Part shown: piece by piece, positions 61,792 to 64,000 of the stretch
Position numbering within the stretch: the first letter of the stretch is position 1
Layout of the letters: each line of letters begins with the position of its first letter
Assembly (NCBI GenBank): GCA_047602405.1
Contig: JASGHJ010000001.1
Location: 192,001 to 256,000, forward strand
Origin: Anaeromyxobacteraceae bacterium
GTDB lineage: Bacteria; Myxococcota; Myxococcia; Myxococcales; Anaeromyxobacteraceae
Length of the DNA: 64,000 nucleotides
Direction of reading: 5' to 3'
Made by a program: the position numbers and the translations under genes
Notes under the pieces: model-generated
Told to the model about the DNA's origin: nothing
Database searches by the model: none
What the model saw: the letters and a program-made list of their open reading frames with translations, nothing else

Positions 61792-62469
61792 TCACCCGAA
61801 TGCGTCGGAGCGGGGATCCCAGAAGTCGCCCGACAGGCCCAGGCCCGAGAAGATCGCCCGCATCTCGTCCGGCTGGGGTCGCCTGGAGCTCTCCTCGAGG
61901 CGGGTCGCGTACCAGGTCGTCGCGAGCGTCCAGAGCTGGGGCATCGTCACGATCGGCCGCACCGGGCTCCCGGCCGCCTCGCACCACTCGTGAACCCGTT
62001 CTTCCGACCGGAAGAAGAGCATGTTCCTTCAGGTGAAGACGATGTCGTCCCACCACCTCGCCGCCGGGACGAGGCAGTGGAAGAGCCAGTCCGAGCGCGC
62101 GGGCCCGTCGGCCCCCACCTCGAGGTGGAGCGGCTCGCCCGACCGCTCGCAGCGGGAGTGGACCGTGCCCGGCCGGCGCAGCGCGGCGGGGACGCCCAGG
62201 GCGTCCCAGGCGCAGTTGGCGAAGTAGCGCACCCCGCCGGACTCGACGGCGTGCTGGGTCGGGACGCCCGAGAACGGGGAGGCCATCCGGATCGAGCGGC
62301 CGTCCGGCTCGAGGACGAGGAGGCGCTGGGCCCGGAGCCTCGGGTAGGCCTCGAGCACGTCCTCGACGTTCGTGCCGACCCGCCCGGCCACGTCCCCCGG
62401 AGACGGCGGCCCTCCCGTCTCCGCAAAGTGCCGGTAGATCGCCAGCTTCACCTGAACGTCGAAGTCCAC
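61792..62469 (-). CDS. MerB-like (organomercurial lyase family) protein, probable selenoprotein with UGA at 62029-62031
   Basis: MASPFS, YFANCAWDA, WWDDIVFT-UGA-RNMLFFRSEE continuing in frame. Confidence 0.8.
61992..62026 (-). other. Bacterial SECIS-like hairpin
   Basis: TTCTTCC-GGTC-GGAAGAA stem-loop with the loop 19 nt after the UGA; GAAC/GTTC lower stem. Confidence 0.7.
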
Positions 62470-62596
62470 GGCCCCTCCCGGCGCGGCGCGCGACGCCAGC
62501 CTTCCACACCGGTCGAGGCGCGGCAACGGTGACGACGGGTTCGTGGGTCGGCGACGATCCCGAGATCTCGCGGGTCGCGTTCCGAGGGACGCGAGC

Positions 62597-63370
62597 TCAG
62601 CGCGCCTTCTTGCCGGTCACGTAGCCGATCTGCACCGCGCCCAGCGAGAGGATCCTCGGCAGCCAGGAGAGGAGCGTCTGCACGCTGCGGGCCGCGTCCT
62701 TCTCGCCGTCGAAGCCGGCGTCGCGCAGCGTCCTGGCGTACTGGCCGAGGTGCCGGACGTCGACGATCAGCACGCGCCCGCCGACCTTCAGCACCCGCGC
62801 GATCTCGCGCACGGCGGTCTCTCGCTCGCCGGCGTCGTAGATGTTGTGAATCGCCGCGCTGGAGAGCACGACGTCGAAGCTCCTGTCGTCGAAGGGCAGC
62901 TTGCGTGCGTCGGCCGTCTGCACCTCGACGCGCTCGGCCACGCCTTCGATCGCCGCGTTGTGCAGCGGCGCCGCCGGCTGGTTGCCGCTGAGATCCTCGG
63001 CTTGCCAGATGTCGATGCCGATGGCCCGGCCCGTGCTCAGGCGCCTCGCTGCCCCGACCAGGAACAGCCCGCGCCCGCAGCCGACGTCCAGCACGCGCTC
63101 GTCGCCGCGCCATTCGAGCAGGTCGAGATACGCCTCGCGCTCGCGGACCTTGCCGAACTTGCTCGACCAGATCATCCAGGCCGCCATCACGCCGCAGGAC
63201 AGGCCTGCCGAGATCAGCGGGCGGCCGAGCAGCGCGAAGGGCGACTCCCCGTTCCACAGACCCGCCGCCCGCGTGATCAAGGAGAGGATCCCGAGCGCGC
63301 CCACGATCAGCAGGTTGCGGACCACGGGCGGCGCATCGAGGCCGTAGTCGGCGCGCGGGGGTCTGGTCAT
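62597..63370 (-). CDS. Class I SAM-dependent methyltransferase
   Basis: YGLDAP, VLDVGCGRG, GIDIW, LPF...FDVV, RVLKVGG. Confidence 0.88.
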   Translation of the reverse strand: MTRPPRADYGLDAPPVVRNLLIVGALGILSLITRAAGLWNGESPFALLGRPLISAGLSCGVMAAWMIWSSKFGKVREREAYLDLLEWRGDERVLDVGCGRGLFLVGAARRLSTGRAIGIDIWQAEDLSGNQPAAPLHNAAIEGVAERVEVQTADARKLPFDDRSFDVVLSSAAIHNIYDAGERETAVREIARVLKVGGRVLIVDVRHLGQYARTLRDAGFDGEKDAARSVQTLLSWLPRILSLGAVQIGYVTGKKAR

Positions 63371-63426
63371 CGCCGGCATCTTGGGACGGGCGTATCTGCG
63401 CTGACAAGGACCGTCCCTTCCGAAGA

Positions 63427-63688
63427 GTGAACCCGGAATCCGTAAGGTCATTCTCCGATGAAGTCCCTGCGGGGACGGCCGCGAGATGCCGAGCCCGATG
63501 GGCTCGCGCAGACGTTCTGCCCGCGTTCTCCGCCGTCTCTTCCATCCTGCGCATACGTCTGCGCCGCTTCGCGCACTCGCACCCGCCTGGCGGACACCTG
63601 ACTCGCCCCTCGAGCTTGAGGCGACGGCCGAGCTGCACGCCCCATCAGTTACACCACTGGTGGAGGGGCTTACGGATTCCGGGGTCAC
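63427..63688. mobile_element. MITE-like or internally deleted IS remnant
   Basis: 20-bp terminal inverted repeats, 19/20 identical: GTGAACCCGGAATCCGTAAG ... CTTACGGATTCCGGGGTCAC. Confidence 0.6.
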
Positions 63689-63732
63689 GCCAAGGAGTGG
63701 CTGGCCAGCGCCCGATTGGCGGGCCGGGCGTC

Positions 63733-63750
63733 GCTATCATATCTGATAGC
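63733..63750. promoter_or_regulatory. AT-rich palindrome, candidate operator
   Basis: GCTATCA-TATC-TGATAGC. Confidence 0.45.
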
Positions 63751-63869
63751 ACTTTCGCTCCCTGGGGAGCAGGGACACGTCGGGCGCGGCAGGTGGACTT
63801 GTCCCGGATGACGACGCGAGCGCGTGGTAGCCTGACGGGCTCTCAGCCTCGCACACCGGAGCCCGACCG

Positions 63870-64000
63870 ATGATCACCGGCCTCGCCTTGCTCGCCCTCG
63901 CCATCGCCCCGGCGGACGTCGCGTCCCTGTCGGAGCGAGCGCAGCCGACGGTGGTGAAGCTCGTCGCCGAGGACGCCCGCGGCCAGGAGGAATCGTCGGG
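63870..64000 (+). CDS. Secreted protein N-terminus, possibly a trypsin-like serine protease (runs off window)
   Basis: MITGLALLALAIAP...AQPTVVKL...ESSG. Confidence 0.4.
   Translation, partial: MITGLALLALAIAPADVASLSERAQPTVVKLVAEDARGQEESS

Overview
High-GC bacterial chromosome segment whose gene content and repeats suggest Anaeromyxobacter-like Myxococcota (inference). From left to right: a partial chemoreceptor, a glcDEF plus lactate/glycolate permease operon, and a Prim-Pol/LigC repair pair. Next is a ~29 kb sulfur/energy island (11.0-40.5 kb) containing an octaheme tetrathionate-reductase-like cytochrome, a 7-heme/cytochrome b fusion, YeeE/YedE transporters, a DsrE/YedF-like protein, a chromate transporter, SorAB, an SqrD-type sulfide:quinone oxidoreductase and a 3' remnant of a second SQR. 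The island ends in a tightly packed ~15 kb operon: ArsR-rhodanese, rhodaneses, YeeE, a Tat-exported type II DMSO-reductase-family enzyme (alpha/beta/gamma), Mrp, cytochrome c and a caa3 oxidase. After it come a PafBC-like WYL pair, a second chemoreceptor, yhhQ, a VIT/vWA gene with an ECF sigma factor, aceEF, an ECF/anti-sigma pair, a MerB-like gene with an in-frame UGA and a SECIS-like hairpin (likely selenoprotein), and a MITE-like element. Eight genes carry single-base frameshifts that are probably sequencing errors. All family calls come from motif recognition by eye; no database searches were run.
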